A DNA stretch of 60,000 nucleotides from Candidatus Latescibacterota bacterium (lineage in GTDB: Bacteria > Krumholzibacteriota > Krumholzibacteriia > Krumholzibacteriales > Krumholzibacteriaceae). Both the position numbers and the translations under genes were made by a program. Below, in pieces: positions 26,806-36,434 of this stretch (the stretch's first letter is position 1; each line of letters begins with the position of its first letter). The DNA lies in the NCBI GenBank assembly GCA_019038625.1, contig JAHOYU010000084.1, forward strand, positions 1-60,000, in the 5' to 3' direction. A model generated the notes under the pieces. It made no database searches. It was not told the DNA's origin and saw only the letters and a program-made list of their open reading frames with translations.

Positions 26806-27790
26806 TATCCTCTCCTTTTTCATACAGGCTTCTGACCATGCGGCCTGTTTCCTCTATCTTCGACCCACTTTCCGATCTCAGGAAAGTTTCCAGTTCTTCC
26901 CTGTCGGAGGAGGATGTCTTGAGCCAGTCCCTGGCAAAATCCCCCTTGTTTATTCCTTCGAAAAGTCTTTCCATCGCCTCTTCGGTCTCCGGCGTGATGA
27001 TGCTCTCGCCGTATTTCAGTCCTCCATATGCTGCCGTACCACTTATCATTTCACGCATCCCGGAAAATCCATTCCTGGTGATCAGGTCTACTATTATCTT
27101 TAATTCCTGAACGCATTCGAAATAGGCCACCTCGGGGCTGAACCCCTTCCTGACAAGAAGTTCCCAGGCCTTCTTTACAAGTGCCGGGACTCCTCCACAG
27201 AGCACGGCCTGCTCTCCAAATATATCGCTGACAGCCTCTTCCCTGAAGCTGGTCCTGAACCCACCGATTCTGAGACATCCAAGCCCCTCAGCTATGGCCA
27301 GCGCGATATCCCAGGCATGGCCGGACACATCGTTCTCCACACCTATCAATCCAGGAAGGCCCGAACCTTCAAGGTATGAACTCCTCACACTTTCACCCTG
27401 CCCCTTGGGTGCCACCAGGATGACATCCTGATCCGTCGTTTTGATCTCTCCAAAGGCCACAGCGAATCCATGAGCAAAACAGATGGCCGTGCCGGACCGG
27501 AGCCTTTCCGATACGACCTCATCGAAGATCCGACCCTGAACCTCGTCGGGAAGAAGAAACATAAGAACGTCAGCGGTCCTGGCACCATCTTCTATGGACA
27601 GGGGAACAAAACCATCCTCTATCGCCTTGTCCCACCCTTTCCCCCCGGACCTGGCTGCCACACTGACATCTATCCCGCTGTCACGCAGGTTCAATGCCTG
27701 GGGCCGTCCCTGGTTACCATATCCCATGACAACTACCCGGGTACCATCGAGCACCCCGGTGTCCGCGTCTCTGCTCTTGAGTATCTTCAT
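26786..27790 (-). CDS. ilvC: ketol-acid reductoisomerase (class I)
   Basis: 334 aa with VMGYGNQGRPQALNLRDSG, CFAHGF, VAPKGQG and DIFGEQAVLCGG. Confidence 0.95.
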   Translation of the reverse strand: MKILKSRDADTGVLDGTRVVVMGYGNQGRPQALNLRDSGIDVSVAARSGGKGWDKAIEDGFVPLSIEDGARTADVLMFLLPDEVQGRIFDEVVSERLRSGTAICFAHGFAVAFGEIKTTDQDVILVAPKGQGESVRSSYLEGSGLPGLIGVENDVSGHAWDIALAIAEGLGCLRIGGFRTSFREEAVSDIFGEQAVLCGGVPALVKKAWELLVRKGFSPEVAYFECVQELKIIVDLITRNGFSGMREMISGTAAYGGLKYGESIITPETEEAMERLFEGINKGDFARDWLKTSSSDREELETFLRSESGSKIEETGRMVRSLYEKGEDNEPAEG

Positions 27791-27865
27791 CCTTTTACCT
27801 TCATTTCGGCTCCAAGTATCTATAACAGACTACACTTATAGTAGCAAGTGCATAGTAGAAACCAC

Positions 27866-27893
27866 TTGACAAAGGGCCGTTTTTTTATAGTAT
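27866..27893 (+). promoter_or_regulatory. sigma70-like promoter for the tRNA(CAU)-tilS-hpt-ftsH-folP-cdaA string
   Basis: TTGACA (27866-27871), a 16-nt spacer, then TAGTAT (27888-27893), 11 nt before the tRNA 5' end. Confidence 0.45.
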
Positions 27894-27904
27894 TCCCTGA
27901 GTGT

Positions 27905-27981
27905 GGCGGTGTAGCTCAGTTGGTTAGAGCAGCGGAATCATAATCCGCGTGTCCGGGGTTCAAATCCCTGCACCGCCACCA
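27905..27981 (+). tRNA. tRNA with CAT anticodon (elongator type; Met or lysidine-modified Ile2)
   Basis: GGCGGTGTAGCTCAGTTGGTTAGAGCAGCGGAATCATAATCCGCGTGTCCGGGGTTCAAATCCCTGCACCGCCACCA. The 1:72 pair is G:C and the anticodon stem lacks three consecutive G:C pairs, so it is not an initiator. Its position directly upstream of tilS suggests Ile2. Confidence 0.9.
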
Positions 27982-28019
27982 GATGACTTGACCAGATTCA
28001 CCCCTTCCGAAGAAATCCG

Positions 28020-29528
28020 ATGGAATGCGTTGATAAAGTACTGGATTGGGTGTCACAAAACAGCCTTCTGTCCAGGGGCGACAGGATCATTATCGCTGTC
28101 TCAGGAGGTCCGGACTCCATTGCCCTGCTCACTATCCTTCACACTCTCGCTGCAGAACTGGATCTTACACTTGCCGTGGCCCATTACGACCACCTTATCA
28201 GGAAAGGGACCGAGCGGGAAAAGAAACTGGTCGAAAGCCGCTGCGCATCTCTCAGTATCCCCTTGATCACTGGATCCGGTGACGTCCCTGCTGCTTCAAA
28301 ACGAACAGGAAGAGGGATCGAGGAGACGGCCCGCACCATGCGGTACCGCTTTCTGGAAGAGACCGCCACCCGCTGGCATGCCGATTCGGTCGCGCTCGGC
28401 CATAACAGAGACGACCAGGTAGAGACGATCCTGCATCATGTCATCCGGGGAACGGGGATGAAAGGCCTCACCGGAATGCCCACAAAAAGGGGAATATTCA
28501 TCAGGCCTGTCCTCTGCTGTTCGCGCGACGAACTGAGGTCGATGCTTCGTTCCAGAGGTATCCTGTACGCGATCGACCCCAGCAACCGGGATAACACCAT
28601 CCTGAGAAATCGAATCAGAAACAGACTCCTGCCCCTGCTGAAACGAGAGTTCAACCCATCCATAGATGATTCCCTGTTGAGGATGAGGGAAAATATCTCC
28701 GAAGGCTGGAAGACACTTTCGGCTCCGATAGCCGGCCTGCTGAACGGGCTGTCCGAACCGGTCGATCCACGAGGGGAAAAAAGTCACGATATCAAGCACT
28801 CGATCAACATCGGTGATGAGAGAGATCTGCCAACTGTCTTATCCATTCCCCTGACCGGACTTTCGGGATTGACCGATTATCAGCTCTACCTGCTTGTCGA
28901 CAGTGTGCTTCGCGAACATTTTGGAGTGGTCCAGGATATGGAGAAATCTCATTTCGACGCGGCAAAGAAACTTGTCAGGAATGGGCGGTCAGGAAGCAGA
29001 ACGAGGTTTCCTCACGGCATTTCTCTATACCGTGAACAGGAAAATATCAGATTTGCTCTTACATCCATTGAAAAGACACCACCGATCGACAAAGAGATCC
29101 TGATTCCGGGAGAAGGGACATACCCGCTACTTCCATGGTTTGAAGAGGCCGTTTTCGAAAGGATCTCAAATCCTGATGCAGGGAAGTCAGGAGGCAGTTC
29201 CAGCGACCATGAGATCACAATCACCCTGAGACCATCGGGGTTTCCACTCAGATTCAGAAAAAGGAGGCCAGGAGACAGGCTGATCCCTCTGGGAATGAAG
29301 GGACGCAAAAAACTCAGCGACATCTTCATCGACAGCAAAATACCTCTTCACAGAAGAGACCTTATACCTGTGATGGAAGATCCCGATGGAATCGTGTGGG
29401 TGCCGGGTGTCGTGACAGCCGAGAGGGCCAGGATCGGGAAAAAGGGCAAATACGCTCTTCGCGTGAGCTTGATCAAAGACTCCAGTGACAATAGAGCCGG
29501 CCTCGATCGTAAAAAATTCAAAAAATGA
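28020..29528 (+). CDS. tilS: tRNA(Ile)-lysidine synthase
   Basis: 502 aa. The PP-loop is IIIAVSGGPDSIALL. The pattern LAVAHYDHLIR..SE...V, HNRDDQVETILHHVIRG and a C-terminal TilS substrate-binding-type domain (RFRKRRPGDRL..LGM.GRKKLSD.FID.KIP) are present. Confidence 0.9.
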   Translation: MECVDKVLDWVSQNSLLSRGDRIIIAVSGGPDSIALLTILHTLAAELDLTLAVAHYDHLIRKGTEREKKLVESRCASLSIPLITGSGDVPAASKRTGRGIEETARTMRYRFLEETATRWHADSVALGHNRDDQVETILHHVIRGTGMKGLTGMPTKRGIFIRPVLCCSRDELRSMLRSRGILYAIDPSNRDNTILRNRIRNRLLPLLKREFNPSIDDSLLRMRENISEGWKTLSAPIAGLLNGLSEPVDPRGEKSHDIKHSINIGDERDLPTVLSIPLTGLSGLTDYQLYLLVDSVLREHFGVVQDMEKSHFDAAKKLVRNGRSGSRTRFPHGISLYREQENIRFALTSIEKTPPIDKEILIPGEGTYPLLPWFEEAVFERISNPDAGKSGGSSSDHEITITLRPSGFPLRFRKRRPGDRLIPLGMKGRKKLSDIFIDSKIPLHRRDLIPVMEDPDGIVWVPGVVTAERARIGKKGKYALRVSLIKDSSDNRAGLDRKKFKK

Positions 29529-29597
29529 ATGTGCCCGTCTGAAGTTTGTGCTAGAATTCCCCGAAAGCAATCGATGACCTCTTTTTAAAGACCGGGT

Positions 29598-30170
29598 ATG
29601 ATTGAATACAGGGAAATAATCTCGTCAGAAAAGATAAGCGGCAGGGTCAGGGAACTCGCGAGTGAGATATCGAAAGACTACAGTGACTCCGTCCCCCTCT
29701 TCATAACCCTCCTCAAGGGGGCCTTTATTTTCACAGCAGACCTCGTTCGCAACCTCTCGATTCCTCACGAGATCGATTTTATAACGCTTTACAGCTACGA
29801 TAACGGCAGGCGCAGGAGCGACGATGTCAGAATGGTGAACCACCTCAGGACCGACCTCGCCGGAAGAGATATCATCCTGATAGACGAAATAGTCGACACA
29901 GGACACACCCTCACCAGACTTATCGAAACGATTGAAAAACAACCAGTAAACAGCGTCAGGATCTGCACACTGCTCGACAAACCATCGGCCCGAAAAGCTG
30001 AAGTCCCTGTTCATTACAGTGGATTCAAGATTCCTGACATATTCGTCGTCGGCTATGGCCTGGACTACAGGGAGAGGTACAGAAATCTTCCCTTCATAGC
30101 GGAAGTGACGATTACTGATAAGGAAAAATCAATATCTGCCGATAAGAACGGTCAGATACTGAAAGGATGA
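29598..30170 (+). CDS. hpt: hypoxanthine phosphoribosyltransferase
   Basis: 190 aa with the PRPP motif IILIDEIVDTGHTL and VVGYGLDYRERYRNLPFI. Confidence 0.95.
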   Translation: MIEYREIISSEKISGRVRELASEISKDYSDSVPLFITLLKGAFIFTADLVRNLSIPHEIDFITLYSYDNGRRRSDDVRMVNHLRTDLAGRDIILIDEIVDTGHTLTRLIETIEKQPVNSVRICTLLDKPSARKAEVPVHYSGFKIPDIFVVGYGLDYRERYRNLPFIAEVTITDKEKSISADKNGQILKG

Positions 30171-30337
30171 GCATCCATGATTACCGGGCAATACCGGCCC
30201 CGGTAAACCTCCATGAACGAGCCATGATCCAGCATGGGACATGAACGGGATTTAGAGTTATGCCCGTTCAATATTCTTGGACAACTGCGGGATTTTTGTT
30301 TATCTTGCTTGATAGTAACTTTAATTAAAACTAGAGG

Positions 30338-32473
30338 ATGTTGATGTATAACATGGACAAGAAAAGAAAAGACAAAGATCCGCAGAAAAAATGGATTCCT
30401 CCAGTAGGGGGACCGGGTGGACAGAAGCCATCCAGATCCATGGCGCTATGGATCATGGTAGTGATCCTTTTCTTCCTGGCCTATCTGATGTTCAACTCAG
30501 CCAGGGAAAAAGAATGGCCTATAAATTACACTCAGTTCATCACCGAAGTCGGCAACGGCAACATCGAAAGTGTCAAGATAAAGGGGCTGGAGGTAAGGGG
30601 TAGATTACTCAGCCCTATAATCATTCCCACCGGTGGGGAAGGCACATCGATAACAAGCTTCAAGGTTGTACTGCCTGCAGAGGACAAGGACCTCCCCCAG
30701 AAGATCTGGGACAGCAATCCCGATGTTACGATCGAGGGAGAGTTCCCGGGCAGCTCCATCTGGGTCAAGGCACTCGCTACAGCCCTGCCCCTCATCGCTC
30801 TGCTGGTCTTGTGGGTCATACTCATGAGAAATATGCAGTCCGGAGGGAACAAGGCATTCTCGTTCGGGAAAAGCAAGGCCAAGATGGTGGGCTCGAACGT
30901 CCCAAAGGTGACTTTCAGCGATGTGGCCGGCGCTGACGAGGCAAAGGAAGAGCTTCAGGAGATAATTGAGTTCCTTAAGGATCCGAAGAAATTTCAAAAA
31001 CTGGGAGGAAGGATACCCAAGGGAGTTATCCTTCTGGGACCTCCGGGAACAGGCAAGACTCTACTGGCCAAGGCGGTAGCGGGCGAGGCCGACGCGCCGT
31101 TCTTCAGTATGAGCGGCTCGGATTTCGTCGAGATGTTCGTCGGAGTCGGCGCGAGCCGAGTGCGCGATCTTTTTGATAAGGGCAAGAAACACGCTCCCTG
31201 CATACTCTTTATCGACGAACTCGACGCTGTTGGAAGACAGAGAGGAGCTGGGCTCGGTGGCGGACATGACGAACGCGAGCAGACTCTCAATCAACTGCTG
31301 GTGGAGATGGATGGATTCGAGACAAACGAAGGAGTCATCCTCCTCGCGGCGACCAACAGGCCCGACGTACTCGACCCGGCCCTTCTCAGGCCCGGCAGAT
31401 TCGACAGAAGAGTAGTTGTCGACATGCCCGATATGCGGGGCAGGCTCGGAATCCTCAAAGTACACGTCCGGAATGTCCCCCTTGCCGATGATGTCGATCT
31501 CGAAATACTCGCGCGAGGTACTCCCGGGATGTCCGGCGCCGATATTGCCAACCTGGTGAACGAGGCAGCCCTGAGGGCGGCGAGGCTAAGCAAGGATAAT
31601 GTCTACATGGACGATTTTGAGGAGGCCAAAGACAAGGTATTCCTCGGACCGGAACGCAGAAGCAGAGTCGTCAAGGAGGACACGCGAAGAATGACCGCCT
31701 ATCACGAGGCAGGCCATACTATCGTCGGATCTTTCCTTGAAAATGCCGATCAGCTGCATAAGGTCACTATCATCCAGAGAACGATGGCTGGAGGCGTCAC
31801 TTTTTTCCTTCCGGACGACGATCGGCTCCTCTACATGTCACGTGATTACCTGATGGATTCGATAGCGATGTCGCTCGGAGGCAGGGTCGCCGAAGAGCTC
31901 GTGCTCAAACGCATCGGGACAGGCGCACAGGCAGACATCAAACAGGCTACGGCGATAGCTCGCAAGATGGTGACGCGCTGGGGTATGAGCGAAAAACTCG
32001 GCCCGATCGCTTTCGGCGGCAGTGAGGAACATGTATTCCTCGGTCGTGATCTTGCCACCCGCAAGGATTATTCAGAAGAGACGGCACGAGAGATCGACGA
32101 GGAAGTCAAAAACATAATCGATATCAGCTACAGAAAAGCCCACGAAATCCTTGCCGAGCATATGGACAGTCTGCATCGTGTCGCCGAAGCGCTGCTGGAT
32201 CGGGAGTCCCTCGACGCCGAGGAGATAAAGATCCTCATCAGTAATGGGACACTCCCGCCTATGAAGAAGCATGACACCAATAAAGAGGCTCCGCCCGGGA
32301 TTGACACCGAAGCAGACAAGAGCGAACCTGAAACAGGCACTGAAGAAAAAACAAAACCCGTCGAAGAAGAACCCGGACCAGACAATGTTCCGACGGAAAA
32401 CACGGAACCTCTGGATTCGGAACCGACCGACGGGGAAATGGAAGACACGCCCGAAGACAGGGGCGGTCCCTGA
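30338..32473 (+). CDS. ftsH: ATP-dependent zinc metalloprotease FtsH
   Basis: 711 aa. It has two TM segments, Walker A GPPGTGKT, Walker B ILFIDELD, the SRH region, and the zinc motif HEAGHTIV. The ATG at 30344 has better SD spacing than 30338. Confidence 0.97.
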   Translation: MLMYNMDKKRKDKDPQKKWIPPVGGPGGQKPSRSMALWIMVVILFFLAYLMFNSAREKEWPINYTQFITEVGNGNIESVKIKGLEVRGRLLSPIIIPTGGEGTSITSFKVVLPAEDKDLPQKIWDSNPDVTIEGEFPGSSIWVKALATALPLIALLVLWVILMRNMQSGGNKAFSFGKSKAKMVGSNVPKVTFSDVAGADEAKEELQEIIEFLKDPKKFQKLGGRIPKGVILLGPPGTGKTLLAKAVAGEADAPFFSMSGSDFVEMFVGVGASRVRDLFDKGKKHAPCILFIDELDAVGRQRGAGLGGGHDEREQTLNQLLVEMDGFETNEGVILLAATNRPDVLDPALLRPGRFDRRVVVDMPDMRGRLGILKVHVRNVPLADDVDLEILARGTPGMSGADIANLVNEAALRAARLSKDNVYMDDFEEAKDKVFLGPERRSRVVKEDTRRMTAYHEAGHTIVGSFLENADQLHKVTIIQRTMAGGVTFFLPDDDRLLYMSRDYLMDSIAMSLGGRVAEELVLKRIGTGAQADIKQATAIARKMVTRWGMSEKLGPIAFGGSEEHVFLGRDLATRKDYSEETAREIDEEVKNIIDISYRKAHEILAEHMDSLHRVAEALLDRESLDAEEIKILISNGTLPPMKKHDTNKEAPPGIDTEADKSEPETGTEEKTKPVEEEPGPDNVPTENTEPLDSEPTDGEMEDTPEDRGGP

Positions 32474-32506
32474 TTAAACTGACATCGTGAGAGTGATCCG
32501 CGACGG

Positions 32507-33760
32507 ATGGACCGGTCGGATCATTCTCACTGTCGATCCATTATGACTCGATACCCACTCAGAATGATCTTTTCCCGCAGACCGGAGATTCTGAAAAGAC
32601 ACTTCGAACACGCAGGAGTGACTCCTGCTGGCATCAGGATAATGGCGTCGAAGGCAAAAAGTGTCGTCATTCGCGCTGACGCCCTTCCAGCTGCCGCGGC
32701 TAATATAATCAAACAACAGCTTCTCTCCCTGGGGGGCGATGCCGCGGTACACAGGGACGTCATCCGGGGTGGTCCTGAAAACTCGACTGTATTCCTGATA
32801 GGAGACGAAAGAAGACTCCGATCCCTCGCTGAACGCCTCAGAGGCCAACCGTTCGGACTCGAAGAACTGGGGCAGGAAGTCATCAGCCAGATCGACCTCC
32901 ACTTGTCTCCCCCGCTTTCGGTCGGGCTTGCTGGCGCTTCGATAGACCTGTCGAACGGACCTGTCATCATGGGTATACTGAACGTCACGCCTGATAGTTT
33001 CAGTGATGGAGGCAGATTTATCGACCCATCCCAGGGACTCGATCGGGCTCTCGAAATGGTCGAAGAGGGAGCTGGGATCATCGACATCGGAGGCGAATCA
33101 AGCAGGCCAGGCGCATCTGAATTGAAAGTGGAAGAAGAACTTGCGAGGGTAATGCCCTTGCTGAAAAGGCTCCAGGGCACTCTCCCGGTGCCTGTCTCTA
33201 TAGATACCAGAAAAGCGGCGGTGGCAGACGCGGCTGTCGAAGCCGGAGCTTCGATCATAAATGATATAAGCGGCCTGACTCATGACGAGGCGATGACAGG
33301 CACAGTCGTTCGTCACGGCACAGCTGTTGTGGTCATGCATATGCTTGGTACACCGGAGACGATGCAGGATACCCCCTCATATTCGGACCCCGTGAGCGAA
33401 ATCATCTCATGGCTCGAAGGAAGAACTACAGATCTGATCGACGCGGGAATCGAGCGCGAAAAAATAATCATTGACCCGGGGTTGGGTTTCGGGAAAAGAT
33501 TGCAGGACAACCTTGAGATCCTGGAACAGGCTGGTGATTTTCATTCGCTTGGGTTTCCCGTATTGACAGGGCATTCCAGGAAAAGTTTTATCGGGACCAT
33601 CACGGGAAAGGAACCGGCCGACAGACTGGCTGGAGGCCTTGCAGCAGTAGGGGCCTGTCTCGAAGCCGGCATCCAGATCCTGAGAGTGCATGATATAGGA
33701 GCGACTGTGGATTTCGTAAAGACGTGGAAAGCAATCAATCGAAAGGATAACGATTCTTGA
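32507..33760 (+). CDS. folP: dihydropteroate synthase with ~150-aa N-terminal extension
   Basis: The DHPS core starts near aa 152 (IMGILNVTPDSFSDGG, IIDIGGESSRPG, INDISG, IIIDPGLGFGK, VLTGHSRKSFIG). The N-terminal region is not recognised. The start codon is uncertain. Confidence 0.9.
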   Translation: MDRSDHSHCRSIMTRYPLRMIFSRRPEILKRHFEHAGVTPAGIRIMASKAKSVVIRADALPAAAANIIKQQLLSLGGDAAVHRDVIRGGPENSTVFLIGDERRLRSLAERLRGQPFGLEELGQEVISQIDLHLSPPLSVGLAGASIDLSNGPVIMGILNVTPDSFSDGGRFIDPSQGLDRALEMVEEGAGIIDIGGESSRPGASELKVEEELARVMPLLKRLQGTLPVPVSIDTRKAAVADAAVEAGASIINDISGLTHDEAMTGTVVRHGTAVVVMHMLGTPETMQDTPSYSDPVSEIISWLEGRTTDLIDAGIEREKIIIDPGLGFGKRLQDNLEILEQAGDFHSLGFPVLTGHSRKSFIGTITGKEPADRLAGGLAAVGACLEAGIQILRVHDIGATVDFVKTWKAINRKDNDS

Positions 33761-34533
33761 ATCCCTTTCAGTTCAATCTTACGATCGACATTCTTGATAT
33801 TATCATCGTAGCCTTTCTTTTCTACAGGCTTTTCCTCCTGTTCAGGGGCTCTCGCGCGACACAGATGTTCATAGGCCTCTTTCTCCTTATCATTCTATCC
33901 TTCCTGGCACAGTGGCTCAACCTGAACGCTCTGAACTGGATTCTCAGCAGTCTCAAGACCGTCTGGGTGATCGCCTTCGTGATCCTTTTCCAGCCGGAAC
34001 TCCGCAAGGCCCTGACCCAGCTGGGACAGAACAGGGTCATCGGCATGTTTCTCAAGGTCGAGGAATCGGGAACCATCAGCGAGATAGTCAGGGCCTGTCA
34101 TCAGCTCACCCAGAAAGGCCTCGGGGCAATCATTGTAATAGAACAGGACGTGGGACTGCGAAACTATATTGAAACAGGCACTTCTCTCGATGCGAAAATA
34201 ACCAGCGACCTGCTGGTGACAGTATTCACTCCTCCGAGCCCTCTGCACGACGGGGCTGTCATCATAGAGAAGAATCGCGTTCTTGCTGCCGGATGCATCC
34301 TGCCACTATCTCAGAACCCCAGGCTTGGAAGAGCCCTGGGAACGAGACACAGAGCAGGACTCGGTCTCTCTGAGGAGACTGACGCAATAACGATCATTGT
34401 GAGCGAAGAGACAAGCATGATATCGCTGGCAAGGGCGGGCAAGCTCAAACGCAAACTCGACATCAACAGTCTGCGAAACGAACTTGTCGAACTTATCGGT
34501 GTAAAATCGAAGGAGCAGGCGGCGACTACCTGA
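33757..34533 (+). CDS. cdaA: diadenylate cyclase CdaA (membrane-anchored DisA_N/DAC domain)
   Basis: 258 aa with three N-terminal TM segments. DAC motifs are GAIIVIE, PLHDGAVII and GTRHRAGLGLSEETDAITIIVSEETSMISLA. The TTG start overlaps the folP stop. Confidence 0.9.
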   Translation: MNPFQFNLTIDILDIIIVAFLFYRLFLLFRGSRATQMFIGLFLLIILSFLAQWLNLNALNWILSSLKTVWVIAFVILFQPELRKALTQLGQNRVIGMFLKVEESGTISEIVRACHQLTQKGLGAIIVIEQDVGLRNYIETGTSLDAKITSDLLVTVFTPPSPLHDGAVIIEKNRVLAAGCILPLSQNPRLGRALGTRHRAGLGLSEETDAITIIVSEETSMISLARAGKLKRKLDINSLRNELVELIGVKSKEQAATT

Positions 34534-34816
34534 TTTGAATCCTGCCCTCAGGCGTTCCACCCACTCCTGTACGGCCTCCAGGCCAGGAACCACGGTCCAC
34601 ACACTACACTTCCACACCCACACATCGGGACCGATACCCTCCGACCTTCCTGCTGCCGGCATCGTACATCGCAATTAAGGTGCCGGATCAGCGGACAATC
34701 GACCGAACCATGTAACCGATTGATTGTCAATATGATAGATAGGCTGGTATTCTGCGGCAGAAGAAATGAACTACCGACCGAACGTTAACACAGTAGACAG
34801 TCCTTACATGAAATCC

Positions 34817-34847
34817 AAACAAAAAGACGAAAGGAGAATACCTTTCG
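34817..34847 (-). terminator. rho-independent terminator of the MCP-like/CheA-like/HD-GYP operon
   Basis: The 7-bp stem CGAAAGG / CCTTTCG (34828-34847) has a 6-nt loop. On the minus strand it is followed by TCTTTTTGTTT. It lies 36 nt past the stop at 34883. Confidence 0.55.
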
Positions 34848-34882
34848 CCGCATGTATAAAGAGATGACAATGTAAACAGAAT

Positions 34883-36421
34883 TTACTGCTTTATCACGCC
34901 TTTTTCGACCAGCTTGACCAGGTTCTTGACGATTTTGAGATCGAATTTCTCTCCCTGCCCCAGAAGGGCACTTAGGGCTTCCCTGTACTCAAGAGCTTTC
35001 CGGTACGGCCTGTTGCTGGTCATGGCGTCAAAACTGTCGGCAACAGCGACTATCCTGGCGCCGGTCGATATCTCGTCACCCTTCAACCCATCAGGATACC
35101 CATTCCCGTCCAGACGTTCATGGTGGTGCCTGACCAGGTCGCATGCCGTTTCGAGAAACTTCATGTTCTTGATGATATTTGCCCCCACCTCGGGATGGCT
35201 CCTGACGACCTCCCACTCATTGTCAGTCAATTCTCCGGGCTTGTTCAAAATCGTCTCGTATACTCCCAGCTTTCCTATGTCGTGCAAGGCAGCTCCGAAA
35301 CTGACGGTATCGCGCTGTTCCCTGTCCATCCCCATCTCCTCGGCGATCAGGCGAGCATACCTTGCCACTCTTTCTGTGTGACCTTTCGTGTAGCTGTCTT
35401 TTGCTTCGATAGTCGATACCAGGACCTTGATCGTGGAGAGATAGGTGTCCTGTAGTTCGGAATACAACCTCGAGTTCTCGAGTCCTGTCGCAGCAGACGA
35501 ACAGATCGACCTGAGCATGGCGAGGTCTTCCAGGTTGTAGGGGAGCTTGTTGATCTTCTCCCCGAGAAAGATGATTCCTGTAAGACAGGAATTCACTATC
35601 AGAGGATAACAGCAGGCAAATCCAAGATCCCGTAGAAAAATCGACTCCCTGGCCGCATCCTCCGGCAATTCGCCATCCTTAAGGTTCACGACATCCTGCT
35701 TGCTGAGCAGATGCTTGGAGAGTCCGTCTTTTCTCGTCAGCCGGATGGTCTGCAGGACGTTGTTCCTGAGGCCCTTCCCACCCACATAGGAGAGGTAGGG
35801 ATCCGTGTTTTTCTCGGCGTAAAAAAGAGCCACAGAATCTATGGCAAGCTGGCCGATCACTGTCAGGAAAAAGACATGAGTCAACTCCTCCGGATCACGA
35901 AGCCTGTTGAGGTCTTTGCTCAAGCTGAACAGGGTCTCAAAATCCAGGACCTTCTTCTTCAATTCCCTGTTGATCCGCTTATAATCCTTCTGTCCTTTTT
36001 CCAGCTCGTCCTCAAGGATCTCGTTTTGCTCTCTGAGGTTTTTTCGCCCATTGGCCTGCATGAGAAAGTTGTCTATCTTAGCCAGGACTTCCTTGACTGA
36101 AAATGGCTTCTTTATATAATCCTGCGCTCCGGAGTTGAATCCATGAAGCATTGTGTCGGGTATGGAATTACCTGAGATCAGAATGACTGGCACATCGTTG
36201 TTCACGTCTTTTGAGCGTATCTCGTTACAGACCTCGAACCCGTCTTTGCGAGGCAGTCCCACATCCAGGACTACAAGATCAGGCTGGTATTTCTCGTACA
36301 CTTCCAGCGCCGTGACCCCATCATAGGCTGATTCAGTGTTGTATCCGTTGTTACGGAGAGACTCTGTAATGATCTCTACAACGTTAGGATCGTCATCGAC
36401 TACGAGTACGTTTTTAATCAC
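34883..36421 (-). CDS. response regulator: REC - GAF-like - HD-GYP (c-di-GMP phosphodiesterase type)
   Basis: 512 aa. The receiver is canonical (VVDDDP, VVLDVGLP, ILISG, IKKPF). A central GAF-like region follows. The HD-GYP motifs are intact: HTERVARY, LHDIGKLGV, HHERLDGNGYPDGL, VADSFDAMTSNRPYR. Confidence 0.9.
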   Translation of the reverse strand: MIKNVLVVDDDPNVVEIITESLRNNGYNTESAYDGVTALEVYEKYQPDLVVLDVGLPRKDGFEVCNEIRSKDVNNDVPVILISGNSIPDTMLHGFNSGAQDYIKKPFSVKEVLAKIDNFLMQANGRKNLREQNEILEDELEKGQKDYKRINRELKKKVLDFETLFSLSKDLNRLRDPEELTHVFFLTVIGQLAIDSVALFYAEKNTDPYLSYVGGKGLRNNVLQTIRLTRKDGLSKHLLSKQDVVNLKDGELPEDAARESIFLRDLGFACCYPLIVNSCLTGIIFLGEKINKLPYNLEDLAMLRSICSSAATGLENSRLYSELQDTYLSTIKVLVSTIEAKDSYTKGHTERVARYARLIAEEMGMDREQRDTVSFGAALHDIGKLGVYETILNKPGELTDNEWEVVRSHPEVGANIIKNMKFLETACDLVRHHHERLDGNGYPDGLKGDEISTGARIVAVADSFDAMTSNRPYRKALEYREALSALLGQGEKFDLKIVKNLVKLVEKGVIKQ

Positions 36422-36434
36422 ATCACACCAGCCT

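Noticed and set aside
32527-33258. 243-aa minus-strand ORF
   Set aside because: It is antisense to folP and has a Ser/Pro/Ala low-complexity translation.
34640-34665. GCAGCAGGAAGG-like motif (minus strand) considered as the SRP/4.5S RNA domain IV
   Set aside because: The order and context of the conserved GGAA tetraloop and AGCA elements do not fit 4.5S RNA, and no convincing extended helix could be drawn.
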